Below, piece after piece: positions 12,314-25,033 of a stretch of DNA of 64,000 nt. The stretch covers positions 196,852,001 through 196,916,000 of the forward strand of contig NC_058368.1 in NCBI RefSeq assembly GCF_018350175.1, written 5' to 3'. The notes under the pieces are model-generated. The model worked only from the letters and a program-made list of their open reading frames with translations. It was not told the origin of the DNA and did no database searches. Position numbers and translations under genes: made by a program. The DNA comes from Felis catus (Eukaryota). Numbering within the stretch: the first letter of the stretch is position 1; each line of letters starts with the position of its first letter.

Positions 12314-12806
12314 TGTAAGGGTTAAATTGTACTGTAGGGCTAACGCTTAGCTTGAAAGATAACAACTTTGTTCTGACACTGAAGGTCAAGAGATAACAAC
12401 CTTGCTTTTACTCTTGTAAATCATACTTCATACTCTTGTGAATCAGGCTTTACCAATGAAGGAAACAAAAGCTCAAAAAAGAGCATCAGAGACAAGGTCA
12501 AGGAGATCCACTGGTTGCAACTTAGCGGCAGAAAGTCTAAAATAATCACCTCATTCGATAACTGTTTCTGACTCATCTGGCAACTGTTTCTAACTCATCT
12601 GGGAACTGTTACTCTGTTCTGTTCCCAGATAACGATAAAACAATGTGATCGGCTTTAAAAACTCTGTACCCCGGCTGTTCGGGGCCACACTCTTATCAAG
12701 AGTGTTGGTCCCGATCGGTCGGCCTTGCCTCTCATTGTAATAAACTTTGTTGCAACTGTCGCTGGTGCCCGTAGCATTCTGTTTGAGGAGTCGCGTGGAT
12801 GCAACA
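12314..12806 (+). mobile_element. Intact solo LTR, ERV1-like, 493 bp
   Basis: TGTAAG...CAACA termini; 4-bp TSD TGGC (12310-12313 / 12807-12810); TTTAAAA box ~12654; AATAAA ~12739; CpGs retained; interrupts a MIR-like relic. Confidence 0.88.
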
Positions 12807-13049
12807 TGGCAAGTACAAGTTCAAACCCCCAGTTTACAAAGACACACTATAGCAAGCAGAGCATACACATGGACTCTGGAGTCAGAGAGAACGAGGGCCA
12901 GATCTCCGGTCAACCCTTCCCCAAGGGCATACCCTCGGGCAAGTACTTGACCTCCTGGACCCTCCATTTTTTCACCGATAGGTTGGAATAAAAATAGTAT
13001 TCACTTCCAATTGTCTTTTTATGAGGATTAAATCAAATAACACATGTAA

Positions 13050-13890
13050 AAACACCTGACACAAACTTTACTCACCAAACACGTACCGACTGCTTATTTA
13101 TGGACTATATGCCAGGCACTCTCCTAAGCTCTGTGAACAAAACAAAGCCCCTGCCTCATGGAGCTTATATTCTAGTGGGGAAGAGAGACAGTAAATAAAT
13201 ATATTATATTCGTCAAATTGAATATATGACGTTATACTGATTCTTGTTACCAAGAATCAAAACAAAACATTAGGAAGTAGTAGGAGGGGCGCCTGGGTGG
13301 CGCAGTCGGTTAAGCGTCCGACTTCAGCCAGGTCACGATCTCGCGGTCCGTGAGTTCGAGCCCCGCGTCGGGCTCTGGGCTGATGGCTCAGAGCCTGGAG
13401 CCTGTTTCCGATTCTGTGTCTCCCTCTCTCTCTGCCCCTCCCCCGTTCATGCTCTGTCTCTCTGTCCCAAAAATAAATAAACGTTGAAAAAAGAAAAAAA
13501 AAAAAAAAAAGAAAGTAGTAGGAGAGCTATCTAAGGAAGGCCTCCATGAAGATGTGCATGCTTATCAGAGACCAGAAGCACATGGCCCTGGGAGTGTGTG
13601 GTGGGAACAGCAATCCAGGTTTAGGGGGAAAAAATCCAAAGGGCTTAAGGCAGGAGAGCACTTGGCACAAGGGCAGGAGCAAGAGGGGGAAGAATAGCCA
13701 GAGAAGAGCGAACGAGAGCAGAAAGCAGAGAAAATAAACAGCAAACACAAGTCAGATCCCAGAGGGCCTCAAAGTAAGTAGGTAAGGTGGGATAAGGGGT
13801 TTGGATTTTATTCTAATTCTAATGGTGGTAAGAAGCAACCAGAGGGGTCTGAACAGGGGCGATCTGCTTTCTGTTTTAAATAGATTACTC
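13050..13890 (-). mobile_element. L2 relic (continues after ~16600)
   Basis: tatgccaggcactctcctaag..gtgaacaaaacaaagcccctgcctcatggagcttatattctagtgggg; ttggattttattcta. Confidence 0.7.
13286..13510 (+). mobile_element. Young felid CAN-SINE
   Basis: ggggcgcctgggtggcgcagtcggttaagcgtccgacttcagccaggtcacg; long A tail; TSD aagtagtagga. Confidence 0.92.
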
Positions 13891-13892
13891 TA

Positions 13893-13991
13893 GTGCTCAA
13901 TTTCAGCAGCACATATACCAAAGTTGGAATAATATGGAGAAGGTTAATGCACAAGAATAAAAGGCAAGTCTGTGGAGCATTCCAAATTTTT
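13893..13991 (+). pseudogene. U6 snRNA retropseudogene (degenerate, near full length)
   Basis: GTGCTCAATTTCAGCAGCACATATACCAAAGTTGGAATAATATGGAGAAGGTTA...GTGGAGCATTCCAAATTTTT aligns end to end with U6; ACAGAGA box mutated and ~9-nt internal deletion. Confidence 0.88.
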
Positions 13992-14146
13992 AAATCAGAA
14001 ATTTATGCGATTGGTTACTGCAGCAGGTGGATGGAATGGGGTGGAAAGAATGAGGGAACAGGATAGGATAGTAGGGATGAGAGGGAGCATGGACTGGATG
14101 GACTGGAATTGTAGGTATCAGTACGAACTCATGGTCTTAAATATAT

Positions 14147-14195
<49 letters not shown>

Positions 14196-16600
14196 AAAGA
14201 TAGAGATAGAAAGAAAGAAAAGATAGAGATAGAAAGAAATGTAGATAAGTGCATATGCACACATTAGTATACACACATATATTTCCCAGCTCCATTAGTT
14301 GAGAGGGTAATGACACCCCAGGGGCAATGAGCAAACCTAGAGCCTAGAACTTGGTGTCTAAATACCATTTCGCCAAAATAGGAACCAGGGCTCCCAGGAG
14401 AAATGGCTGATTCCAAGGATGGGACAGGGAAGTACAAGATGAACCTAGAACGTCTTGTGGTGTCCGAAAGTAAGGGTGTGCTCAAAAATTGTTGGAGGCA
14501 TAGAGAAAGGACACAGGAGCCAATGTGAAGGAGCTCTCAATGGCCAGCACTGGCATAATCTGAGCAAGAAAATCATGATGGTGCTGGATTCTGACTCATG
14601 GAATAAAGTAAATGTCCAAGAGTCCATACTGACATAAATACCTGAATAAATGAATGGGCAAGAAAGGACAGTTCGTGCTTATAGAAAAATTGCAATTAAT
14701 AAATGTAGAAGGAATAAGGGAAATAGAAAATTACCACAAGAACACCAGGAATAATTACTGCAGGGCAGAACCACTGATGGATGCTAAAATTAATGCTTAC
14801 TTAAAATTAAGTTTGAAATGAAATAGAACATTTGTATAATCTAAAAGTTTTTTCTCCATATTTACTAATTGTAAGGGAAAAATAGTAACTTTGTAGAGGA
14901 AAAACACAGAAGACACTATCTTCCATCAATCATGTGATCAAAATTAATGATATTTTAAGTAATAACATATAGAAACATCATGTGTCCCTGTTCTGAGCCA
15001 CTAAGAAGGACAGGACGTTAACCATGATCTTATTGCCAAAAATGTCCAACCTCGATTTAAGAATGAAATATAAAGTGTTTATAAAATATTTATAATTTAT
15101 AAAATATAAACGATACATATATAAAATTTTACAAAATCTATAAAATCTTTTTAGTTTTAACAACTGAAAACCTCAAATTGAGGGATATACTATAAATCTG
15201 GCTTGGATTTTCCGAAGTGTTATGGTCCCAAAAGACAGACAGACTAAAGAAGTCTAAGGGAACATCACAATAAAATGAAATGTGGTACCCTAGGTTAGAT
15301 CCCGGGCCAGAAAAAGGACGTTTATAGGTATGCTGTCAAAATGTGAGTGAGGTCAGGAGAGTCAATAGTGTTACAATGCTGTTAATTTCCTGGTTTCAAC
15401 ATCTGTACTGTGACTGTCTGAGATGTTAAAATTAGGGGACGCTGTATCGAGGGTTATTTAGGACCTCTGCATTATTTCTGCCACTTTTCTGTAAGTCTAA
15501 GCTGATTTTAAGATTCATTTTTTAAGATTTAAAAAGTTTAAAAAGAATTTTGAAGACATTATGCTGAAGGCCAAACACGACAGGACAAATTATTGTAGGA
15601 TCCCCCTTTTGTGAGTTACCTAGAGTAGTCAAATTCACAGAGACAGAAAGTAAACTAGAAGTGACCAGGGGCTGGTTATTATTTGATGGGGACAGAGTTT
15701 CAGTTCAGGGTGAGGAAGTAGTTCCAGAGAAGGGCAGTACTTATGGTTGCACAACAATGTGAAGGTACTTAACGCCATTGGACTCATACTTAAATATGCG
15801 TAAAATGGTACATTTCATGCTATGTGTATTTTACCACTATAGAAAAAAGTTTAAAAGTGAGTTTTAAAAAGGGGCACCTGGGTGGCTCAGTCGGTTCAGC
15901 GTCCGACTTCAGCTCAGGTCATGATCTCACGGTCCGTGAGTTCAAGCCCCACGTCGGGCTCTGTGCTGACAGCTCAGAGCCTGGAGCCTGTTTCCGCTTC
16001 TGTGTCTCCCTCTCTCTCTGCCCCTTCCCTGTTCATGCTCTGTCTCTCTCTCTCTGTCTCTCAAAAATGAATAAACGTTAAAAAAAAATTTTTTTTAATA
16101 AAAAATAAAAAAGTGATTTTTAAAAAACCCTGCACACAAAGGTTTATAACGGTTTCATTTATAACTGCCTAGACTTGGAAGTTACTAAAAATGTACTTCA
16201 GGAAGTAAATGCATAAACTGTGCTATGTCCATACAATGGAATATCATTCAGTGATTAAAAAAAGAAAAAGGAAAGAAATGAGCTATCTAAGCAGGAAAAG
16301 GAGAAAGCTTAAATGCACATTGCTAAGTGAAAGGAGCCACTCTGTGAAGGCTGTGTACTGCACGACTCCAGCCATAGGACACTCTGGAAAAGGCAAAACT
16401 ATGGAGACAGCAAAAAGATCAGTGTTTTCCCAGGGGGGAGGGGAGGGAGAGGGATGAATAGGAAGATTTTTAGAGCAGGGAAACTACAAAATTCTGGGGT
16501 TGGGGGAACGGGACGATATGAGAATTCTCTGTACGTTCCACTTAATTTTTCTGCAAACCTGAAAGTACTCCAAAAAGTAAAGTCTATTCATTAAAAAAAA
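13992..16600 (+). mobile_element. Old L1 3'-end fragments (L1MC/L1MD-like 13992-15520, L1MB-like 15545-15850, L1MC-like 16115-16600) with a SINE at ~15871-16110
   Basis: Recognisable L1M 3'UTR motifs such as aaataccatt..ggaaccagggctcc..gagaaatggctgattc, agagtagtcaaattcacagagacagaaag and ggaaaaggcaaaactatggagacag. Confidence 0.8.
14149..14194. repeat. (AGAT)~11 perfect tetranucleotide STR
   Basis: Read directly from the sequence. Confidence 0.95.
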
Positions 16601-17711
16601 GATCTATACTAGCTGTAGTATGTTGAGACTAAACTAGGAGTTAAAAGCGGTAATAGTAATGGCTGTGAGAACGCTAGCTACCTCAAGTACCCAGAAGAGT
16701 CTTTGGTTGTCCATCTAGGGGGAAGCGGCGAGGATGAAGACAAATGTATTAGCCACGAAAGTGGGTGGGGAGCCGTGGACCACAGGAAGCCCAGCTGACC
16801 CCACTGTCTGCTGAAGGTACAGGTTGGGCCCCTGACCTCGACCAAGCCCCCCACGGGGTCACATGGGGACACACGGGCTGGTGCCTAGCCCAGCGTGGTC
16901 CAGCCCTCGGCAAAGACGCCCACGGTGAGACTGCCACCCAGGACCGGTCCTCCTCTCCAATGCTGGTCCAGCCAATCTCCAGAGAGAACTCCCTCAGGAG
17001 AACCCCCAGAAGGAGGGGGAACAGGGAAAAGAGTACACAAAGCTGCAGCCAGGGAGAATCTGCACGCCGGGAGGTCAGCCAACTGCAGAGATCATCCCTG
17101 CTAAGAGACAGCCTGGGCGTAGCCTTAAAATCCAGGGCGGTTCCCACATTCTCCTGAACCTGGGTGCGTCGGCAGGCATGTGACTGAGAGCAAAGAAACT
17201 GTATCAGAGCCAGTGTGACCAAGACAGGGGCATTCCAGTAACTGAATGGCAGAGGAAGGCAAACTCCCAGAAAGCAGAGCTAGCCAAAGGAGGAGGAATG
17301 CCAGGAATAGGAAAGTAAAGCCTTCTTTCCCTCTTGTCCTGTGGTCACAGATTGCAAAGAAGTCACAGTAGTGAAAAAGTTCCTCCCAGTATCAAAAGAC
17401 TACTCTGCCGAGACCTAGGATCAGTCAGAAAGGAAAAAAAAAAAAAAAGGGAGGCAGGATGGTCAAGAGTTAGGACTCTCGTTCAGCCTTGACAAGCCCT
17501 GCCACTCGGGTCTCGGGTTCTTCTTTAGTAAGATGGGGACAGTAAAAATAGTCATCAGCAAGTAACAGCATCGTGAAATGAAAGAGCTCGTACATGTTAG
17601 GTACTCAGAGTCGCGGCTGGCACATTTCAAAGAGGCAAAAACTGAGGCTCAGAGACATGAAGGGACTTGTGGGTGACACAGCCTTGCCAGTCAAGACTCC
17701 AAACCGTTAGA

Positions 17712-18040
17712 CCTGCACTGCCCAGATACAGCAGTCACCATCCACATGTGGCTTTTGGGCACTTGAAATTTCAGGATCCCAATTGAGATGTGCTGTCATT
17801 GTAAAAGACACCGATTTCAAAGGCTTAGTACCAAAAAAAAAAAAAAAAGTAAAATATGTCATGAATAATTTTTATATTGATTGTATGTTGAAATGTTAGT
17901 CTGCGGACATACTGGGATAAAATCAAATATATCGTTAAAAGTGACTGCACCTGCTTCTTCAAGTTTTTTCAAATGTAGCTTCTCAAAAGTTTTCAAATAA
18001 ATGTGTGGCTGGAATGACATTTCTATGGGACTGCACTGAG
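17712..18040. mobile_element. MER33-like hAT-Charlie MITE
   Basis: ccacatgtggc..gcacttgaaat..aattgagatgtgctgt..gtaaaa.acacc.gatttcaaag.cttagtacc; degenerate terminal inverted ends. Confidence 0.75.
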
Positions 18041-18418
18041 CTACAGCATGGTGCCCTGTCGTGAGACCACCCTGGGAGGGCCCCCTGGGAACGTCGGAGT
18101 TGCATTGGAATCGTTCGTAATGACAGGGGACCTAAGTCATCTGCGAGGAAAAAAGCCTGTTAAAGACAGTCATGCTTGAGGCCCAAACTCTCTTAAAACG
18201 CTGTGGCCACAGGATTGCGAGAAAGGCGATCCTAGCATAGCAAGGCGTGGGGGCTGGACTGGGAATTAAGAGCTGGCAGGAGCCAGGGCAGTCTTGACCC
18301 AGCACAGAATGCACCAAAGAGAAGAAAAGCCACATGGATTCTTTGTGCCTCTTTTTTTGCTAACCACAATGGGCAGCGGACGAGGAGGCTATTCCGTGTA
18401 GAGTCTACAGTCAGGAAA

Positions 18419-18851
18419 TAGGACTGCCAAATTAGAGGGGAACAATATAGGACTACATTTCAGTGGAATTTAAATTTCAGGTAAACAATGAATAAATTCT
18501 TGGTATAAGTATATCCCGAAGGTTGCATGGGACATCCTGATACTAAAAAAAATTACTCACTGGTTATCTGAAGTTCAAATGTAATTGGGGACCTGTAGGG
18601 GTGCCGGGTGAGTGCCCAACTCTTGATTTCGGCTCGGGTTGTTGTCTCACGGTTCATGGGTCCGAGCCCTGCGTCAGGCTCTGCGCTGGCAGCATGGAGC
18701 CTGCGTGGGATTCTTTCTCTCCCTCCCTCTCTGCCCTTCCCCTTGCTTGAGTGTGCTCTCTTTCTCTCTCTCTTTCTCAAATATATAAACATGTAAGTAT
18801 AAAAAAAAAAGATATGTTAATTGGGCACATGTATTTCATCTGGCAACTCTA
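18419..18851. mobile_element. MER53-like palindromic MITE split by a SINE (~18597-18810)
   Basis: Termini taggactgcca / tggcaactcta; internal aaatttcag.taaacaatgaataa..gtataagtat.tccc..tgcatgggacat. Confidence 0.75.
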
Positions 18852-20329
18852 CTAGGAAGGCAGGGAACGGAGTTGTCACCAGGTGTGGTCGGGAAACAAA
18901 GTGACATCCTGACTCTGAATCTTTGCTGCCAGTCAAGCAGGAAGGCAGAGACTGGCAGGCAAGGACCCTTAAACAAGGCACCACATCAAACCTCAAGCCC
19001 ATAGCAACAGAAGAACCTAACCTCAGAGTCTGCAGCCCCTTAAAAGTGTCTTTGGCCTGAGGCTATACTGATTCCCACTCAAGCAGGTGGTGATTAGTAA
19101 CAGAAACAAGGACAAAATGATAAAAGTTGAGAATAGCTTCCCAGGTACTTAAAAAAAAAATCTTGTTCTTTAATTTTGTATTCATCCGTCTTTTTGAGGA
19201 AATAGTAACTCATTCACATTGCTGTTTTAATAAGGAACTCTATTTTTTTTAATTTTCTTTTTTTTTTTAATTTTTTTTTTTAATGTTTATTTATTTTTGA
19301 GACAGAGACAGAGCATGAACGGGGGAAGGTCAGAGAGAGAGGGAGACACAGAATCCAAAGCAGGCTCCAGGCTCTGAGCTGTCAGCACAGAGCCCGACGC
19401 GGGGCTCGAACTCACGGACCGTGAGATCATAACCTGAGCCGAAGTTGGACACTTAACCGACTGAGCCACCCAGGCGCCCCAGGAACTCTATTTTCAAGGG
19501 AAGAATAAACACGCGACACACAGGCTTTAATCCCGTATCTGCTACATTGAAGCTATTAGGGGCAGTAGTTGAGAGCACTGGCTCTGGAGACCAACTGCCC
19601 GAATTCAAATCGTGGCTCCATCATTAGCCAAATGACCTTGAGCAGGTTAGTTCCTCTCTCTGTGCCTCTGTTTCCTCAACTGCACAATGAGATAACAGCA
19701 GCTACCTTTCGGGGTGGTTGTGAAGATTAAATGAGTTAATACGTGTACATCAGGACAATGCTAAGCATTTAGTAAACACTCAGAAAGTAGGATTTCTACA
19801 AAATGTGTATATTTGTGGGGTGCCTGGGTGGCTCAGTCAGTTAAGCATCTGACTCTTGGTTTCGGCTCAGGTCATGATCTCGCGGTTTGTGAGTTCGGGC
19901 CCCGTACTGGACTCTCCGTGCTTCGGATCCTCAGTCCCCACCACCCTCTCTCTGCCCCTTCCCCCTCACACTCTCTCTCTAAAATAAACATTTACAAAAA
20001 TAATTATAAACACATTTTTAAAAAATTGGATGTTTGTTATTTTTAAGCCCCATCATGTCTAGGAAAGGGTAGAAGATTGGGGATGTAAAAGGCCACTAGG
20101 GTGGTCACGGTGCTGGGTGTCCCCCCCTCCTCCTCTCCTCTGCCTTCCCCCAACTCCACTCAAAAACCCCTGACCTACAAGTTTTGTCAAGTGACCCCAG
20201 GGCAGCAGATGAGAAGAGAATGAGGGACACGGGTATGAGGTTTATACCCCCTTGTCCCTCCTTCTTCATGCCCTACAGTCATCCTAACCGTTCCAGAATG
20301 AGTATACTCCCACCATCTCTCAGCTGGGC

Positions 20330-20970
20330 GACAGGAAGGCTCCCGCTGGTCTCATGGTTCCACTGTCGCCACCCCCTCACAACCCACTGTCCACAAGGGC
20401 CAAAGAGGTCTTTGAAAAGCGTGAATCGGACCATATCACTTTCCCGCTCAAAACTGGCCAATGGTTTCTCATCACACTCGGAGTAAAATCCAAACTCCTT
20501 ACCATGGCCTAGAAGGCCCTACGTGATTTGGTCCTTCTCTGCCTCTTCCACCTTATCCCCTAACACACTCTCCTCACTAATTCCCCTGGAGCCACGCCAA
20601 CCTTCTTTCCATCCGTCCTCCCAACATTCTAGGCTCATCCCTGTCTCAGGGCCTTTGCACAGCCACTCTCTCTGCTCTCCCTCCCCTCCAGATCTCAGAG
20701 CTGTCTCCTTCTCAATAGTCAGGTCTCAGCTCAAATGTCCCCTTCTCAGGAGGACTGCTCTCATGCCCCAAAGTTACTACAACTGTTTCTTTTCTTCAAA
20801 TTACAAATTGTCACCTAAAATTCTCTTATTTATCTGTTTATCTTCCGTCACTCTAACTTGCCAGACCTTTCAGAGTGGGAACGTGGACTCGCTTGTTGAT
20901 ACTGTGATGCCAGCACACAGCACAGGGATCGGCAGGTGCTCAGTAAATAACTGCGTCTAGTAAATAACGA
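20330..20970 (+). mobile_element. L2 3' relic
   Basis: gtaaaatccaaactccttaccatggcct, ctcagggcctttgcac, aggtctcagctcaaatgtc, ggcaggtgctcagtaaata. Confidence 0.75.
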
Positions 20971-21229
20971 AAAGCTCAGCCAGGCCACTGACCCATTAGT
21001 TCCTCCCTGTCTCTGGGCCCCGGTCTTCTCTTCTGTGAAGTGATGGGACTGGGCTGGACATTATCTGAGAGTCCTACCAGCTCTGACACGCTGTGTTTCA
21101 GGAATCCCCAAAAGAAGCTCCCATTGATTTGCATTTCCCTAGAATTCTGGAGGCGGTTCAGCAATGCCCACATGCTGAGGACAACTCCGTGGGAATCTGA
21201 GGCTGACAGCTGCCTTGTCTTTTGCTTAC

Positions 21230-21353
21230 CAATTGAGTGCACTTGTTCGTCTTCCCTGGATGCTGTCTCTTGGAGATCGTGAAGAAATTTGCTGTTCACT
21301 TCAATGACATCATCGATGTTTGAGAACAGGACATCCAGGTCTCCCTGGGGCAG
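21230..21353 (-). CDS. ARHGEF37: ARHGEF37 coding exon 2; [41 protein letters not shown](G)
   Basis: Acceptor tttcttctag|CTG, donor TTG|gtaagc; 124 nt; DH-domain LFSNI motif. Confidence 0.95.
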
Positions 21354-22849
21354 CTAGAAGAAACAAAGGAGCCATAGGAGTCTCTGGGATTTGGGTTGAG
21401 TGGCTCTATTCACGGGCTTTGGAGAGCAGTCCAGAACATTCACACCATCAGGGGCCTATGATTCTTGGGGAGACCGCCCCAGTGGAATGTCTGCAAGGCT
21501 TAGAAAAATTGTATAAATTAGGTATAAATTAGGTACTCTTATCACTCTGGGGAAACAGGAAGGGATGGAGTGCTCAGCATGGAATGAAAGCTGAACTGGG
21601 TTTTTTTTTCCCCTAGATTTGCTGGAAGCTATCATTTTTCTGCTCTCAGTTTCCCCATCTGTCATATAAGGGTGGGAAGCTGGACTTCCTTCGAGCTCTG
21701 ATATACTTGGCCCCCACCACCATTACCTTGAAATGTATTCTGAACTCCAGCCACTATTAACTGGTGGTACCACCGTGAGACAGAATGCAGGACATCTATA
21801 TATGTGCACAGGCATATACAGGACATTGTGTGTGTGTGTGTGTGCGTGTGTGTGTCTATCCTGAATGCAAAATCAAGTAGGAAAAGCTAACTGTAGAAAA
21901 ATATCTAGAGTAGGCTCTTATTTTTGTTAGAGTATGTAACAATCTATATTTTTTTGTTTAATGCCTACAGAGAAAAATCCTCATTTCCGGAGGGTAAAAT
22001 ACGAGAGGCCTTTCACCTTCCACATTTCCTACTTGAGTACTTCATTCATTCAAGAAAAAATGAACCGAAGCCTATGATTTATGTGTCCAGAACTGGGGGA
22101 TATATTGAACTAAACAGGCATTGCCCTAAGTGAGCTTACATCCTAAGGGATTCTTAAAATCTTATAAAGAGAGCCTGTATTATTTCTGAAATCAGGAGAA
22201 AAAAAGATGTAAAAACCCATCATAGTGAAAACTTCTCCAGGTTACCATCTCCTAAATGAGACAATTAGAATATAGGTCAGTTTTGGGAGCGCCTGGTGGG
22301 GCACGGTCAGATAACCATCCAACTCTTGATTTCAGCTCAGGTCATGATCTCACAGTTCATGAGTTCGAGCCCGTTGTCAGGCTCTGCACTGACAGCAAGG
22401 AGCCTGTTTGGGATTCTCTCTGCCACTCCACCTTCCACCCCACCCCCACCCCACCCCTCTCTCTGTCCTCTCCCCTCTGCTCACATGCACTCACACTCTC
22501 TCTCAAAAATAAACACATAAACATTTTTTTAAAAATAGTATAGGTCACTTTAAGCCATCTGTTCTAAATCTGATAAAGGGCTATTTTATCCATTAGCTCA
22601 TTTAATTCTCTGAGGCGATTACTCCTCTCCATTCAGCAGATGAATACACGGAGGCTTCAATGTGTTAAAGGCTTTGCTGGAGGTGGCAAGGCCAATAAAG
22701 GGAAGTACCGGGGCTTACATCCAGGTGACTTCACGCCCGCCACGCCTTCCCCTCCATCAAGCCTGCCCCGGGAACAGACGTGCGGTCTCAGAAGCCAGGA
22801 CCCACGTTTGCCCCTGTAAAGGGAGGCTGTGCAAGCCCCACCCAGGTAC

Positions 22850-23035
22850 CTGCTGCAGGCGGCTCCTGATGTCTGAGGCACAGAGCTGGAGCATGTGCAG
22901 GTAGGAGGCCTCGGTGTCAATGAGCTCTCTGACAGCCAGCCTCTGATGCAGCAACAATCTGTCCCCAGAGTCCCGACCTTCTCCGTCGGGACTCCCTGTA
23001 CTGGAGGACGGCTCATCAGTCCCATGTTCAGCCAT
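22850..23035 (-). CDS. ARHGEF37: ARHGEF37 first coding exon (exon spans 23046-22850 incl. 11-nt 5'UTR); [11 protein letters not shown]...IRSRLQQ
   Basis: Acceptor ttgcctttcctag|aacctgctgacATGG with good Kozak context; donor CAG|gtacct; 186 nt, phase 0. Confidence 0.95.
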
Positions 23036-24326
23036 GTCAGCAGGTTCTAGGAAAGGCAAACATATCCCAACTCACTTCCGGGAGCTCTGCTGGAACATGC
23101 TGTCTCTCATCCAAAGACGACTATTCATCAAGTGGCCTAAAAACATCTCTAGCTTACATACTGCAAGATGAACTATGTGTTAGCATTTGTGGGCAGTATC
23201 TGAATAATCTTAAAAGGCCGAACGCAGCTCAGATCATTGTTGACATTTTCCAGGATCCAGATAATGTGCCTGCCTAGCTTGTCTTCTATTCCACCCCCCT
23301 CCACCCCCAGCTCTTGACCCAGATTTATTTATCTGGTTCAGCCAAGTCTATCGCACCCTCTATCCCAGGGATTGCCTCCTTTCTACCCCCACTACCTCAT
23401 TCAGGCCTCACAACCCATCCCCTGGGCTATCTCCACAGCCTCCAGGAGTACCTTTCCAAGTCCAAACCCCTCTCCCTCCTGCTGCTCCCCACACCCATTC
23501 ATCCTGGATGTGCTTCCAGTTTAAACTTCCTGAATCGAAGCTTGTGATCACGGCGTTCCATGCTGTGAGGCTTTAACAGCTCCCTGCTGCTCTGGGGTCC
23601 GGCTCCAACCTCATTCTTCCCTTCCACCGACATTCTCAGCAAAAGAGAGCTACGTGCTTTCCTCCACGCGTGCACACTCACTTCCTGCCTCTGTGCTTTT
23701 GCACCTGCTGTGCCCCCCTCCCAGGACACTATCCTTGGACATTCATCTTCCCTAGATCCTCCCAGCCAGATGGAATTTCCCTCATTGAAACTCCCATGAC
23801 CCCTTTATCTCCAGGTTTAAAAGTACCAATGGCAATACTATGGACCAACACGGCCTGAAAACCCCCTACTACAAAACACCCAGAAATGCTGGATCAGGTA
23901 TAGCCAACTTCCTTTTCACAGCCTGGTGGGGCTTGCAAGAGAATAAAGGGAATAGCAGGGCCCCCAAACAGAGGGAACTAGAAACCAGAGCAGGAGCAGC
24001 CGGGGCCCAAAGTGGAGAGGTGGGCAGGGAAGAGGACATAGCCAAACTCAGCGAACCAGGGACTTAGGTGCTGGTGTTCAGGCCAGAGCAGGAGACAAGC
24101 TTCTTCACAGAACTGGGACACCAAAAGACTCCAATGAAATGGTGCATCAAAAAAAAAAAAAAAAGTCTCCCACTCACACAGAAGATGAGGTCATCTTGGT
24201 CTGGGTCCAACAGAGGACCAAAAAAATCCCCTCTGAAAATTCATAAAAGTAGCCCTGCCTTCACTGGGCTTTAGGTTCAAAGTGATATTACACATGTGGT
24301 CCAAGTAACCCAAAGCTGTGAAATTA

Positions 24327-25033
<707 letters not shown>

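Noticed and set aside
12560..12610. Direct repeats suggestive of a CRISPR-like array
   Set aside because: Spacer-less LTR U3 enhancer tandem in a mammalian genome.
13893..13991. Functional U6 gene
   Set aside because: ACAGAGA box mutated, internal stem-loop region deleted, and no PSE/TATA upstream (flank is L2).
16749..17222. Cluster of 130-157 aa ORFs in a GC-rich intronic patch
   Set aside because: No recognisable protein; looks like a degraded LTR-like relic that I could not classify with confidence.
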